Below, piece by piece: positions 35,790 to 47,559 of a stretch of DNA of 64,000 nucleotides (positions are counted from its first letter, which is position 1; each line of letters starts with the position of its first letter). The stretch lies in assembly GCA_003971905.1 (NCBI GenBank), contig RSEE01000139.1:62001-126000 (forward strand), read 5' to 3'. The position numbers were made by a program, and so were the translations under genes. The stretch is from Moniliella sp. 'wahieum'. Its lineage: Eukaryota. The notes under the pieces are model-generated. The model was given only the letters and a program-made list of their open reading frames with translations. It ran no database searches and was not told where the DNA came from.

Positions 35790-36585
35790 GTCCCACCTGG
35801 TTGTCTCCCCACCTCCTCCCAGCCATTGAGTGGCTGGAGGATACGGTATCCTATTTCGCGTCAGGCTTGTCCACCCTTGGTCCGTCCTTGGCATCTTCCT
35901 ATTATACCATTTGGGTTTACATTCATTTTCGTTTCCCTTTCCGATCACCTGATCACACCCCGCTCTTGTCCCACCTTCCTGCCAACGGGCTGTTACATCC
36001 CCATTTTCCTTTCTTTGTTCCCCGACACGAAGCTAGACTTCTGTACCGGATTGTCTGGAACTCTCGGAAACTGCTTCCGCACATGGTCACCTCTGGGTAG
36101 GTTGCCATCAAAGTAACGTTGTTGTTCACGCACCGTCAACGTTCCCGCGCTTCCACGTTCACGGTTTTTTCTTTTTTGTTCGCTCGCTGCTCTTTCCTTT
36201 TGCTTCTCCTTTTGCGTTTGCCTTTTTTCCCGTTTTCCTGTCCATCGTTACTTAATGGTTGGTCCTTTGCATCTCTTGTCTAGCGAATCACGTATCACGA
36301 AGAGAAACAGGAAATATCACTAGTATAGAGAGATGAGCCAAGGTTGGCTTGACGGTGTCTCTGCGCGGCGGCGGCGTAACTGTTCTACACGACATAACTT
36401 TGGGCCCCAGCCGCGCTAATGGCCACAAAGAGAGAAGGTGAATCTGCCAGACATGCAAAATGTGTGGCAAGACTGCCACTGTTATGGGGCGCGGCAAACC
36501 GACCACTGAGTGGCTGTCAATCTGGAGCGGAGAGGTGGAAAGCTGAGAGGGTGTTAGACTGTGATCCTGCAGCTGCTCTTATCCC

Positions 36586-36657
36586 GGCTCGATAGCGTAG
36601 TGGTAACGCATCCCTGGCCAATAGGCGATGACCTGGGTTCGAATCCCATTCGAGTCT
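36586..36657 (+). tRNA. tRNA-like gene with aberrant anticodon arm (nominal CCA; identity undetermined)
   Basis: Acceptor GGCTCGA/TCGAGTC, D-arm GCGT-AGTGGTA-ACGC, T-loop GGTTCGAATCC, downstream TTTT. Confidence 0.7.
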
Positions 36658-36855
36658 CTTCTTTTCCTCACTATTTCCCCCGGGCTGTGCCTTCTCACAG
36701 AGGGGAAAAGGCGGAAAGCAGAGGAGGCAACTCCCAGGAGGAGCTGTGCCTATACTGTATGGATTGATGACGATGGAGACGCCAATAGATTGCGTCAACA
36801 GGCGAGACGACGAGAGATGTCCGCGATCCACATCAACCCCCATGATGGATGATGC

Positions 36856-37952
36856 ATGATGCATGACCCCAGTAACCCTAGTGCGCCGCACGCCATCACG
36901 CGTCGTGGTCCGGTCCGGTCCCCATCCGACGCTCCCTCCGACGCTCCCTCCGACAACGATGGTCAGGAACGGTTCCACCCGACTGGCACCCCGATGGGGC
37001 CCCGTCCCGCTCCTCTGTTGAGTGCTGAGCCCGCTCCCCTGGCCCCTACATTGCCTGCCACCGAGCTGACCGGCCTGGAGCGAGGCAGCTCAGCGCCGGG
37101 TCGATGAGGCCCGCAGATTGCGCCAGCTTCTGTTGACGGGGGCCCAGAAAATCAAGCCTACCTTGCTGCTCAGGAGGACCAGCACCGTGCTTTCGAGGTG
37201 GAACAAGAGGCGAAGCGCCGCGCTTTCCAGGTGGATCAAGGGGTGCAGCACGGGACCACCGCCTCCGCCAGCGGCGGAAGCAGCCGGTGCTCGCCGCGCA
37301 GGAGCCCGGTTGGCCGCCTCGGTACAGGAGTTTCAGACTGGTATCGTGTGCTCTGCCTCCGCCCCCTCTCCCGCCCCCGGGTCTTCTGTTGATCAGACCG
37401 CCATCCCACACAAGGCGCCTGAAGAGCCGAGATGTTCGAGCCCGCTTGTTTCCCCCCCTCGTCCGGTGCGAACCCCACTCTCGTACCGGGTCCAGGCCCC
37501 ATCGAGCACGTTGTCACCTCCTTCGAGATTTACGCGCGCGTCCCTCACCCTTGCATTCAGCGGCGTGGATCGACGGCTTTATGGGCCTGCTGAAGGGGGA
37601 GGCCCTCACTGGGATGAAGCAGTTCGGTTTGGAGGTGGTTCTTCCTTTGGAGGTGCGCACCGACGCCCCTTCAGCCTTGGCCTGCGTTTCGTGCCGCCTT
37701 CCTGCAGCAGGGGCAAGCGCAACCCGGCGCAGAAGAGTTTTGAGGAGTTTCGTCGTCTCCGGCATACGGGACCTGCGGCGGACTCGGGTGGGTGAGGCAA
37801 TCGTCTCCCGCCGCGAGCCGGGTCACTTTGGGCGAATCAGTTTCGAAGACCTGCGCACAGCGGCCTTTGACTTAGACCAATCCCACTCGCTGGACGCGCA
37901 CCGTACCGCAGTTTCCCTGGCATCGGGTAGCAATCGTTGGTTTCGGCTCTGA
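36856..37952 (+). mobile_element. Possible Ty3/gypsy gag-like remnant or hypothetical protein
   Basis: GLLKGEAL and NPAQKSFEEFRRLRHTG resemble Retrotrans_gag helices; no pol or LTR visible. Confidence 0.3.
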
Positions 37953-38029
37953 GCCCACTCATCGTCCGAGGCCGAGCGATAGGAGGTGAAAAAGACACCA
38001 ATGGATCGTGGGGAGTAGAAGAGGGTAGA

Positions 38030-38975
38030 GATGATCGATGATCGATCCTGGGGTCGTTGATGGATTCCCAAGAGGATCCCCCATCTTCTTCAAAAGATCA
38101 ACCTACCAAACACCTACCTCTATAACCTCACCTCACATGTCACACTGCCACTCGATCCTTGTCAACGCGTCACGCGTCAACTTCAACTGGCCTCTGCTCG
38201 TGGCTATCACCCCCGCTTTTGCGCATGGTTGGTGCTCGAGGGTACTAGAGTTCCCCTGCACGGCCCTCAGTACCGCAGTGCATCAGTTGAACGTTGAACG
38301 ATCAAGTTGAGCGACGACGCTCGCCTAGCCGGGCGGAAGAGTTCCACTCGCAGGGAGAGGGCGATGGTCTCCTGTCTCCTGCCCTTCCGACGTTGCAACT
38401 TGAGCTTGAGCTGAAGAGGACTGGGGCTTTACTGTGAAGCTCGTGAGCGCGTGAAGCTTGAAGCTTGAGCTTGAAGCTTGAAGCCTTGTCTGAAGATCTG
38501 AAGGCTGTTTTGCAGCTGATCGCGCTGATCCGCTGATCCCATAGAACCATGCATGTCACATGCCACATGCCACATGTCACGCCAGTCATATACTTGTCAT
38601 CGACATGTGTCACATGCCATCATGCATCATGATGCATGATGCGTACTGGATTTGATGGCCTGACATGTGACATGGCTGGTCGCAAGCTTCAAGGCTTGAA
38701 CGCACAGGCGCAGTCGTCCCTCAGGCCTACCTTTTACAATTCCTGCTACTCTGGCTTTCCGGGAGCGAGCAATCGATAGCCCGCGCTCTCTGGGGATTCG
38801 TCGTACCTCCACATGTACATGCCTCATGCATATCTTCGCTGGCATCGAGAGCCAGAAAGATCATGCAAATGGGAGTGATCATCGATCAATACACGGCAAC
38901 GCCTTCTACGACCGCCTGTATCCGTTCGATAACACGATAACGCAATGAATTCGATAACGCGATAACGCGCAACGC
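38030..38975. repeat. Intergenic patchwork of palindrome-core heptamer arrays
   Basis: TGATCGATGATCGAT, TGAACGTTGAACG, TGAAGCTTGAAGCTTGAGCTTGAAGCTTGAAG, TCACATG/TGACATG, TGATGCATGATGC. Confidence 0.85.
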
Positions 38976-39375
38976 CGCACCCCAAACGGCGGAATGGGGA
39001 CGGGCGGAATTGGGAAGCTCTTGACATGTGGGACGCTCTGGGACGCCCAGACTGGTGTCGTGCTTGTGTTGGACGACCCGGCGCCGGCTGGCAGCAGACG
39101 GCACCAGGCAAGTGTGCGCGCTCTTTTAGCCCACCCCGACGTGGCGGCACCACCAATCCCACTCAGCTGAGGCACCACGCCAGCCGTGTGCGGCAAGCCG
39201 CCTCCAATTCACAATTCTGGTGAGGCATCACGCGTCACGCACCTCGCCACTGTGCTTTATTAAGGAGGCCCTCTGCCGACCCCGCTTCGACGGACCCACC
39301 ACCACCACTGCTGCGATTCATCGCACCGCCATCGACGCCCCGCATCTACACGCTACCCTCCTCTGGTAGACGAAG

Positions 39376-42300
39376 ATGTGTGACTCCCAGGCGGCAAATC
39401 CGCCTTCCTCGTATATACCCGTCTCCCGAGCGGGCGAGGTATCCAGACTGGATGCAGGGACGTCCTGCCATGCGCTACCCATGGCCATGCCTCTGGCTTT
39501 GACGGCGTCCAACGCGCATGCATTCGACAACCCCATCACGCTTGCGCTGCAGATGTCCGGCATGTATGCCCAACAACAGCTGCAACAAAGTCAGCTGCAA
39601 CACCAACCACACCACTATCCTCGCCAGCTGGATCCACAACTACAGTCCAACATCCAACTGTGGGCTCCTGAATTCGCCGGCGTGAATGCTGGTCTCGACG
39701 TACCATCCCAACCTCACCAGCTACCATCATCACGGCGACCTCAGTCTTTCTCGCACCCCTTACGTCAACCAAACCCGGATGCGGTTGTGCCCGTCGGCAT
39801 GGCCTCGAACTTTGTTTCCACTCCTCTTGCTCCCAACTTTTTCTCGCCCAGCCCACAGCTCCCCAACTTTGTTCCATCTCCTATCTCCGTATCTGCTTCC
39901 ACCCCAGGCCTTTCCACGTCACCTGCGCTTTCCCTCGCAACCCCCCCACCATCCGCATCTCACCAGGACGGTTGGTCCTTTCCCCAACCGTCTCCCCCAG
40001 TGCCCCCGCATCCCAACCCCATGTTCAAGGCCCACTCTTGCCGGATTCTAGCGGTTTCGTGATTAGCTCTAGCCTGGATGATATGCAGTGCCGCACCGCA
40101 CTGGGCGCACTTGTTTCCTCATCCTCGAGTGTCCCCCTTGCCAAGACACCAGATGCCGCAACACCACCACCACCACTAGATCCAGCGAGCACGGTCGACC
40201 AGGTTCCGTCGGCATATAAGGATGATCCTGCAAGGGCGGCTGCATCCTCAGCCGCTGGTTCGCAGACCTCATCACTGTTTGCCATGCAGACGAGTTGGCC
40301 CCACTCTCGTTCCGTGGATTCGACAATGTTCGATTCGGCGCGACGAAACTCCAGCCCTCTGGCCACTGGGTTTCCTGCCTTTTTCGACAAGCACATGCGC
40401 CAGCAACTCGAGAAACAGGGCCAAGTCGGCTTGTCCCGCAGCAGTTGCAGACCTTGGCGCAGCAGCAGCACCGCTTATATCATGCGTGGTGCCTCAGGCA
40501 TACGCAACAACTACATGCACTGCAACAACAGCACGCGCAGAAGTCGCAACCGCAGGGACAACCGCAGGCGCAACCGCAGGCGCAACCGCAGGCGCAACCG
40601 CAGGCACAAACGAAACTGCAAAGGATATCGCGAAACAAACGGCGAAACAAGCCGGAAACGCAACCAGAAACTCGGCACCCCTCGCCGCCGAAGCAGCATA
40701 ACCAGGAGCAGCAAGCACCTCCGGTGTCACTAGCCCCTGATTGTGGTGATTCCGCCGCATCTGGTCCTATTTCCTCTCCAAACGTCTCCCCCAAAGCTTC
40801 TCCACCTAAGCACCTGCACCAGGTGCTTTGTGATGCGTTGGATCGTCTTGCTGCCGTTGACGTGAAAGACGATGAGACGCGCGGGAAAGTTTTGGATTCC
40901 ATTTCGTTGTCAAACTCCGTGTCGTTACTGCATCTGGTTCAACAACCGAGGATGCTACGACATATGCGCACTTGGCTGCAAGATCTCCACCCGACCGACG
41001 GAACGCGTGAGTTGGAGCGGTATCCACGTGTTTCACAACAACTACCAGCTTTACTAGAAAGGATGGTTCGCACTGTGATCCAAGCGCCTTCGGTTCCGGA
41101 TTGGGTTTCTCAGGATCTCGCCGACCTTCAAATAACGGTGAAGGGCATGCGGCCTGCCCTGAACAAGAAATGTGAGTTCCCTCCTGTTGTGTTCTGTGTG
41201 AGAGGGTCCCGTACGGATGGCCGCCGTGGCCGTCGGTTATTGATGGCTGCGGCCGCAGTTTTGGATCGAGAAGTAAATGTGCTCGTCAAATTGGGACGAG
41301 GGATCAAAATTCTAATTCGATGTACTGCCCCGTGCCAGGTCCTCTCAGACACGTGGCACACTGCCCCAGTGCGGAGCTCATACTGACTTGGCCTGCGTCG
41401 CCATTTTGCCTGTGTGATTTGTGCAGTTGACGACCAACTGTCCCACTTGCTGAATGCGTGGGACGATGCCCACTCTGACGCCACCACCACCACCTCCAAA
41501 TCTCGTTCGCCGCAAGCATCCCCGATGTGCCCGCTACATCTTCGGTGACACTAAGCGCAAGCGGAGCGACCCTCCTGCGGTAACCAGCGCCAAGAACCCA
41601 AGGTCCCGGAGATTGTGACGAAGCCCGCTTCCTCCAGCTCTCGGGTGGCTGCCCCCAAGCTTCCTCTCTCTCCCAAGAAGGGCGCCATCAATGCACCCGT
41701 GTCCAGTGCAGAGGGGAGTAAACGAAAAAGGACTGTATCACCGCCGCCTTATCCTCAGCGCAGCCAGTGCAACCTGACGGCGATGGACAAGCGTGCGCTT
41801 GCCGAGGAGGAGAAACGCCAGCTCTCGCTGCCCGGCAGGCTCTGGTCAAGAAGCATCGCCAGGCTCGTTGTCTAAGGACATAAAGGAGCCCACCAAGGTG
41901 ACAGGGAGGAAACAGGCGACCCTTCCTCAGGAGAAGCGACTGGAAAACCCAATCCCCTCCACCCAGCCTCGTCCCTCTCGGGTGGGCCCGGCGGGGTCGA
42001 GGCGGATCGTCCAAGCCTAAACCAGTGTTGCCCTCCTTCCGCAAGGTCTCACCTACCGGGGCACAGAAGGCGCCTGGCATGATGGGGATTGGGTTTTTGG
42101 ACGCACTTCTCCGACACACCAAGGAATCTGCCGAGTCCCCTTTGCCACCTCCCAAGGAACCTTCTCGCACTTCCAATGCGAAGGATCCCACTCCTCCCGA
42201 AACCAAGACAAGGGAAGCCCGTCCCCAGTTAGGTCGCAGGGGGAGGATAAAGCCTTCGAAAACTGGCCACTGCCCCTACAAAGTCCACTGGTCGTGTCGC

Positions 42301-43005
42301 GTTTGCAAGGGGTAGAGAGCTGGTTTCGTACCGGACCCTACCGAAACGAGACTATGCGCAGTACCATCCTTGGTGGCTTGCCGCCGACTGGGGAGCCGGG
42401 TATGAGGACCGCGCTCGTACCGAGTTGATCAGCCACCCCCTTTTCTCCAATTCAGGAGTGCCACTGAAGCAGAATGACCAGTTCATCTCTTCCTTCCTTT
42501 CAGGCAAGGACGCTGATGGGCATCATATGGTTCAGCGTTCCGAAGAGGTGAAGGGGGGGGAAAGGAGAGCGTTGAGGTTGTGGAGCCAAGGAGGGGAGAG
42601 AAGCGGGTGGAGATGAGGCAGGGGCAGGAGAGGGAGAAGGAGGAATTGGAGGAAGGGGAATTGAAGGGGGAATTGGAAGACTCTGATACCGACGGAGTCC
42701 TCCCCCCACTCTCGGATCCTCTTACCCCTCCGACTCTCCCAGGACCAGAAGAAGATCCAGCACCTTTGACCCCGACTCGCCCTAGCCCGGAGGCAGACCC
42801 AGCACCTTTGACTCCCACTCGCTCAACCCCAGAGGCAGACCCAGCACCCTTAACCCCGACTCGCCCAGGACCAGAAGAAGAACCAACGCATATGCAAGGC
42901 GTCACACTCGACTTACGCACCCCATCCAAGTCGGCAATACCGTCCTCAACTACGGTCCCTCCATCGTCACCGCCTCTTCGGTATGGCACACCCTGTCGTG
43001 CTTGA
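39376..43005 (+). CDS. Large low-complexity protein, possibly PNUTS/Ppn1-like PP1 regulator
   Basis: Q-rich N-terminus, helical LVQQPRMLRHMRTWLQDL segment, basic stretch followed by KVHW (RVxF type), TP-rich repeats; frameshifts and probable intron ~41172-41428. Confidence 0.5.
42757..42882 (+). repeat. 42-bp tandem repeat x3 (PAPLTPTRPSPEAD)
   Basis: CCAGCACC units start at 42757, 42799, 42841. Confidence 0.9.
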
Positions 43006-45421
43006 ATATGAACGCAGCGAGGGGAAGAAAGTCAGCTCGCCCCTTTGGATATAGACATTCCCTGGGCCATGGGAAAGGACGGCACAACTCCTGGATCTGT
43101 CTAATCCATATGCCTTCAAGGTAATCCGTATGTGTGTTAAGCCACGAGTCCCGCTTCATCGTCTTGTTGATCCAACTAGGCATGGCTGCAGATGGAAGAA
43201 AGAAAATATGCAGGGGTGGAAAGCGTGTGGGCGGAACTCGTGCTCCGCGCGTCCGTGCGAGAGCTTGACAGCGATCAAATCTGGAGGCGAGCGAATCGAG
43301 CACAAGTAGGACCTGCTGTGGAGGCCAGCGCCTCTCATTGATGCCACGGTTAACCCTCCCACGGTTCTTGCAGACCCCGAAACGCCACAAGTGCTTAGGC
43401 CAGGGACCATTAACCCACCATTCGCCTAAGCTTAACCGCGACAGATCATCAGATAACGCGCAACAAGTTCACGCCGGATAATGGCATTTGTTGACTTGGC
43501 CCCAAGCCTTTCCAACTCTCCAGATGACCTCGATGGCATATGAGAGGGTGCATTGAAGCACCGTGGCGGTTCACAGGCGGAGTATACCCCGGCTTGCAGC
43601 GCGTATACCTCCAGAGTTCCATTATGAGGGGCTCACATAACGTCCCACACGTCTGGTCGCATGCCACAGCCGCCATCAACGGGCCATCCGCCGGAAAAGG
43701 TACTAACTATTGCACATGTTATACGCGGGGCCATGAGGCGCCCAAGGAAAATGAGGCTCACATAGCGCTCTTCTCGCGCTGAGGATGCTCAACAATCATC
43801 GACATCGAAACTCCTGGAGGTCGAGCTGAGGGAAACCCCTCTGCGGCAGCAGCTCCTGGAGGCAGAGCCGCTTGAGATGGAGTCTTAATCGATAATCAGA
43901 TGTAGATAAGCCTCCACATGCTCTTTTCAAGCTGCAAGCTTCAGGCTGCAAGCTTGAAGCTGCAATCACATCAGATCTGCCCTTCTTAGGATGCCCAAGG
44001 AACGGGATGGCATCAATTCTCTGGCCTCGTCAGATCAAACACGAAGTAGTCCTAGTCATTTAGTAGTCACCTGTACCTTGAAGCTAGTCGTGGTTACTAG
44101 TTACTAGTTACTTGTTACTTTTAGCAGTACCTTTTGCATGTCGAATTCACGTGTAGACAACAACTTCATCCAGGTAGGTGCATGTCCTGCTTCAAAAGCA
44201 ACTCTCAGACCTCAACGAGGAGTATCAGATCTGCGATATGAGACGAACACATGAAGCCGCGCTTTACGTTCTTTCGCTATCGATGCATCAATGGCCTTGG
44301 TGCATTAGTCGAGGGGATGCTGGCGGGATCTCTCCTGTTGCTGTTGCGGCTGTTGCTGCTATAGCACCTGTTGCGCCTGATGTGTAGCACCACGGCTTCT
44401 CTCTCCTAAAATGTATCGTCTGTCAATTATAGCAGAGGTTGAAAAGCGCGTAAGCAATTGTTTGCTGGACGCCAAAACGTCCTGAAGTTGCTCGCGGACC
44501 AGCTAGCAACTGGTCTTCTATATTTGGATTGGATCGAGCAAGCTGTCCGTACCAGATGAACCCCATGATGCATGAGCGAGCCAGTGGGAGGTGCAACGTA
44601 TTGTTGCCCATACCTTAAGCACTGTAAATGACATTATGACTGTGTCAGACCTGAGGCCTGGCTCAGGACTCACACAGGTTTTTCGAGAGGGCCAACCAGA
44701 TTGTGGTTCGGCAGGTGCGCTGTCAAAGACAAAAAAATGGCGGTTTTGTGTGAGAACATGGCTAATCGAAATTTCTTGCGCACAATCTTGTGCGCCTTGC
44801 CCACCTTGAATTTTGTACGTAGTCCTACAGGCCTCACATATCTATCCGGAACCTTGTTACCAGCATTTCGATTAGCTATGAAAAGATGCGTCCTGAGAAC
44901 CTGGGGTGCGGGGCAAGTTCGGAATAGGAATGAGTCACTACCTTTCCGGGACACGAATAAGAGTAGTGAGATAGTGCTGTAATATGCATGCCACGTGGTG
45001 TCAGAATACCCAGGACGAGTGTTTGAGATGAATGTTCATATTGCTTTCCCAGTCAATATCTGTTCGCTTTTCTCACTCTGCCGAGACATATTTTTGACCC
45101 CGGAAAATCGCAACAGCAGGTTATGCATTATGCGCGACCGGAGGATGCACGGTTCTGGAGACGACAGCTCCGCACGCAAGGCTGAAGGCTATTGCCCATA
45201 CGCCGAGCGCCGACTAAGAGTTGTTCGCATGCGAGCAAGCGACCTCTCTCTACTGTTTATATAAGTCCAACCTATCCAGGGTAGTAGTGTGTCTCGTTCC
45301 CTACACCGTCCGCCACACCAAGCGACCCTTTTCATCGAGTAAGTGCAAGCGGTCAAATTTCCCTGTTTTGTTTTCATGGTCCCGACTGAGCATTAACACT
45401 AGTAACTCACTTTCCGTCAGT

Positions 45422-47141
45422 ATGGTCCACGTCGCGGCTGAACCGCTATCAACCTCCACCGGCTTTGAGGCTGATGCCCAGCCACAGGACATGGAAAAAG
45501 GTCCATTTGATGAGCCCCAGAGCACACCAACCGACACATGCTCTTCCAAAGGAGACTTGGATATGACTTACGAGAACGAGGACGAACTGACGCCCCAAGA
45601 ACGGCGGGTTCTGCGGATCAAGTGCTGTGCATTCATGGCCATTATCCCTGGTCTGAGCTTCTCACTCCAGTTCATGGACAAGTCCTGCGTTGCTGCAGCC
45701 TCGGTTATGGGCATGCGCAAGGATCTGCATATGGTTGGCGACAAATATTCCTGGACCGCTTCCAGTTACTTCATTGGCTACATGGTGTGCAACATTCCAT
45801 TTGCCCTGTTTTTGCTTCAGAAGGCGGGTCCTCGTTGGAACGGCGTATCGCTGCTATGCTGGGGCATTGTTGTCGCCTGCAGCGCTGGCGCTCAAAGTTT
45901 TGGTGGGTTCATTGCGTGCCGTGTTTTGCTGGGTATGATGGAGAGCGTGTGCGAACCAACGATTACCGTCATGACCCACCAGTGGACGCCTCCCGACGAA
46001 CACTTCGCATGGATTGAAACCTGGTTCTCATGGAATGGGTTTGTTGGCATCTTCCTCAACGCGGTCGGTACGGATTGTACAGAGGACAGGTACACCATGA
46101 GTACACCATGGCCGGATGGCGAATCCTTTTCCTCATCTTGGGCTTGATCAGCATGCTCGCGGCGCTCGTGTATATCTTTGTGTACGTTGAGATCAGTCCT
46201 TTTTGCAAAATAACCCTCAGATTTCGAAGAGCCGTGTTTTTTGGCACCTTCAATACTAACCTCACAAACACACTTCTCAGGGTTCCCAACAGTCCGCAAG
46301 ACGCTTGGTTCCTCAACGCGAAGGAAAAGCGAGCGATGCGCAAGACCGATGTCGGCGAGAAGCACAAGTTTAAGCGTACGGACATTGAATGGTACCAGAT
46401 TAAAGAATCCCTGACCACGGATCTGCACAAAACCGTCTTTTTGTTCCTGGCCATTTTCTGCAACTCGTTGAATGGTGGTGCGGTCAACACCTTCATCTCT
46501 CTCATCAAAAACGTTTGTCGTGCAGGGCAATCACCACTTGACGAATGTGCAGGCCAACGAGCGCTCGCTGCTCTATGGAATGATACCTAGTGCGATCAAA
46601 GCTGCTGGGTGCGCGATCATTGCGGTGTTGGCACTTAATGGCTTCATGAAACGCTACCGTTTCTTCTATATCCTCATCTTCTCTGCCCTTCACGTGCGGC
46701 CGCGTTTATGCTCACGTACGGCACCACAATAAGAAAAAGGCGGGTTCGAGCAGCGCCAATGTTCTCTGGCTGGTACGTACATGTACAACTTTTCGCTCGA
46801 AGTCGCCCACGGCGGTATCATCTCTTTGGTCGCTTCCAACACCCAGGGCCGCACCAAGAAAATCTTTGTCAACGGCGTCACGCTCCTGGCATTTGGCCTG
46901 GGCAACGTGCTGGGACCCAAGGTGATCTTCAAGGCGTCCAAGCTCAAGAGCGGGCATTGGGGAGCAGGCCAAGCAGCTATGGCTGCCCTCTCTGTCGTCG
47001 TTTGCTGTCCTGGTCTTCCTCTACATCTCGTATGTAGTGGAGAACAAGATTCGTGACAAGAAGAACGAAAAGCTGCCCGAGGGCGCTGACCCTGACCTTT
47101 TGACCGACGGTGAAAACCCCGAGTTCCGCTACCACCTCTAA
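45422..47141 (+). CDS. MFS transporter, allantoate permease (Dal5/ACS) family
   Basis: LQFMDKS..ASVMGMRKDLHMVGDKYSW..YFIGY; RVLLGMMES; ASNTQGRTKK; GNVLGP; DLLTDGENPEFRY.L*; intron ~46183-46280. Confidence 0.9.
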
Positions 47142-47559
47142 GACCTAAGCCTTTGTGTTCTTCTCATCATCACATCCCATTTGGCTGTGGTGTTACTTTA
47201 TTTTGTGCCGGGAAAAAGGTTGGTGAGCACAGCTGTTTAACCTCTGCCCTCGATACTCTACTACTACCTACTACTATCACTACCACTATCCCTGCTGCGA
47301 AGTTTTGGCAATGACACTGTATAGGTTGTTGGCGAAGGGAACGCGAGCAGTCTTAATTAGTTTGTGAAACCTAGTGGAGGATCCTCGGCAGCTTTCCTAC
47401 GGTCGTCCGATCCGTTCGCGCTAACACTACCTGCACTACTCTCTAAAACCGTAACCACCTCTTCGCAGTGCACATATAATGAGATTCCACAAGAACATAT
47501 CGACCTGGGCCTGAAGTATACAGAAAAGATGCGAAGGAAAAAAGAGTATTTGAGGTGAA

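Noticed and set aside
42950..43790. Minus-strand ORF fragments as a transposase or integrase remnant
   Set aside because: No DDE, RT or integrase motif identifiable.
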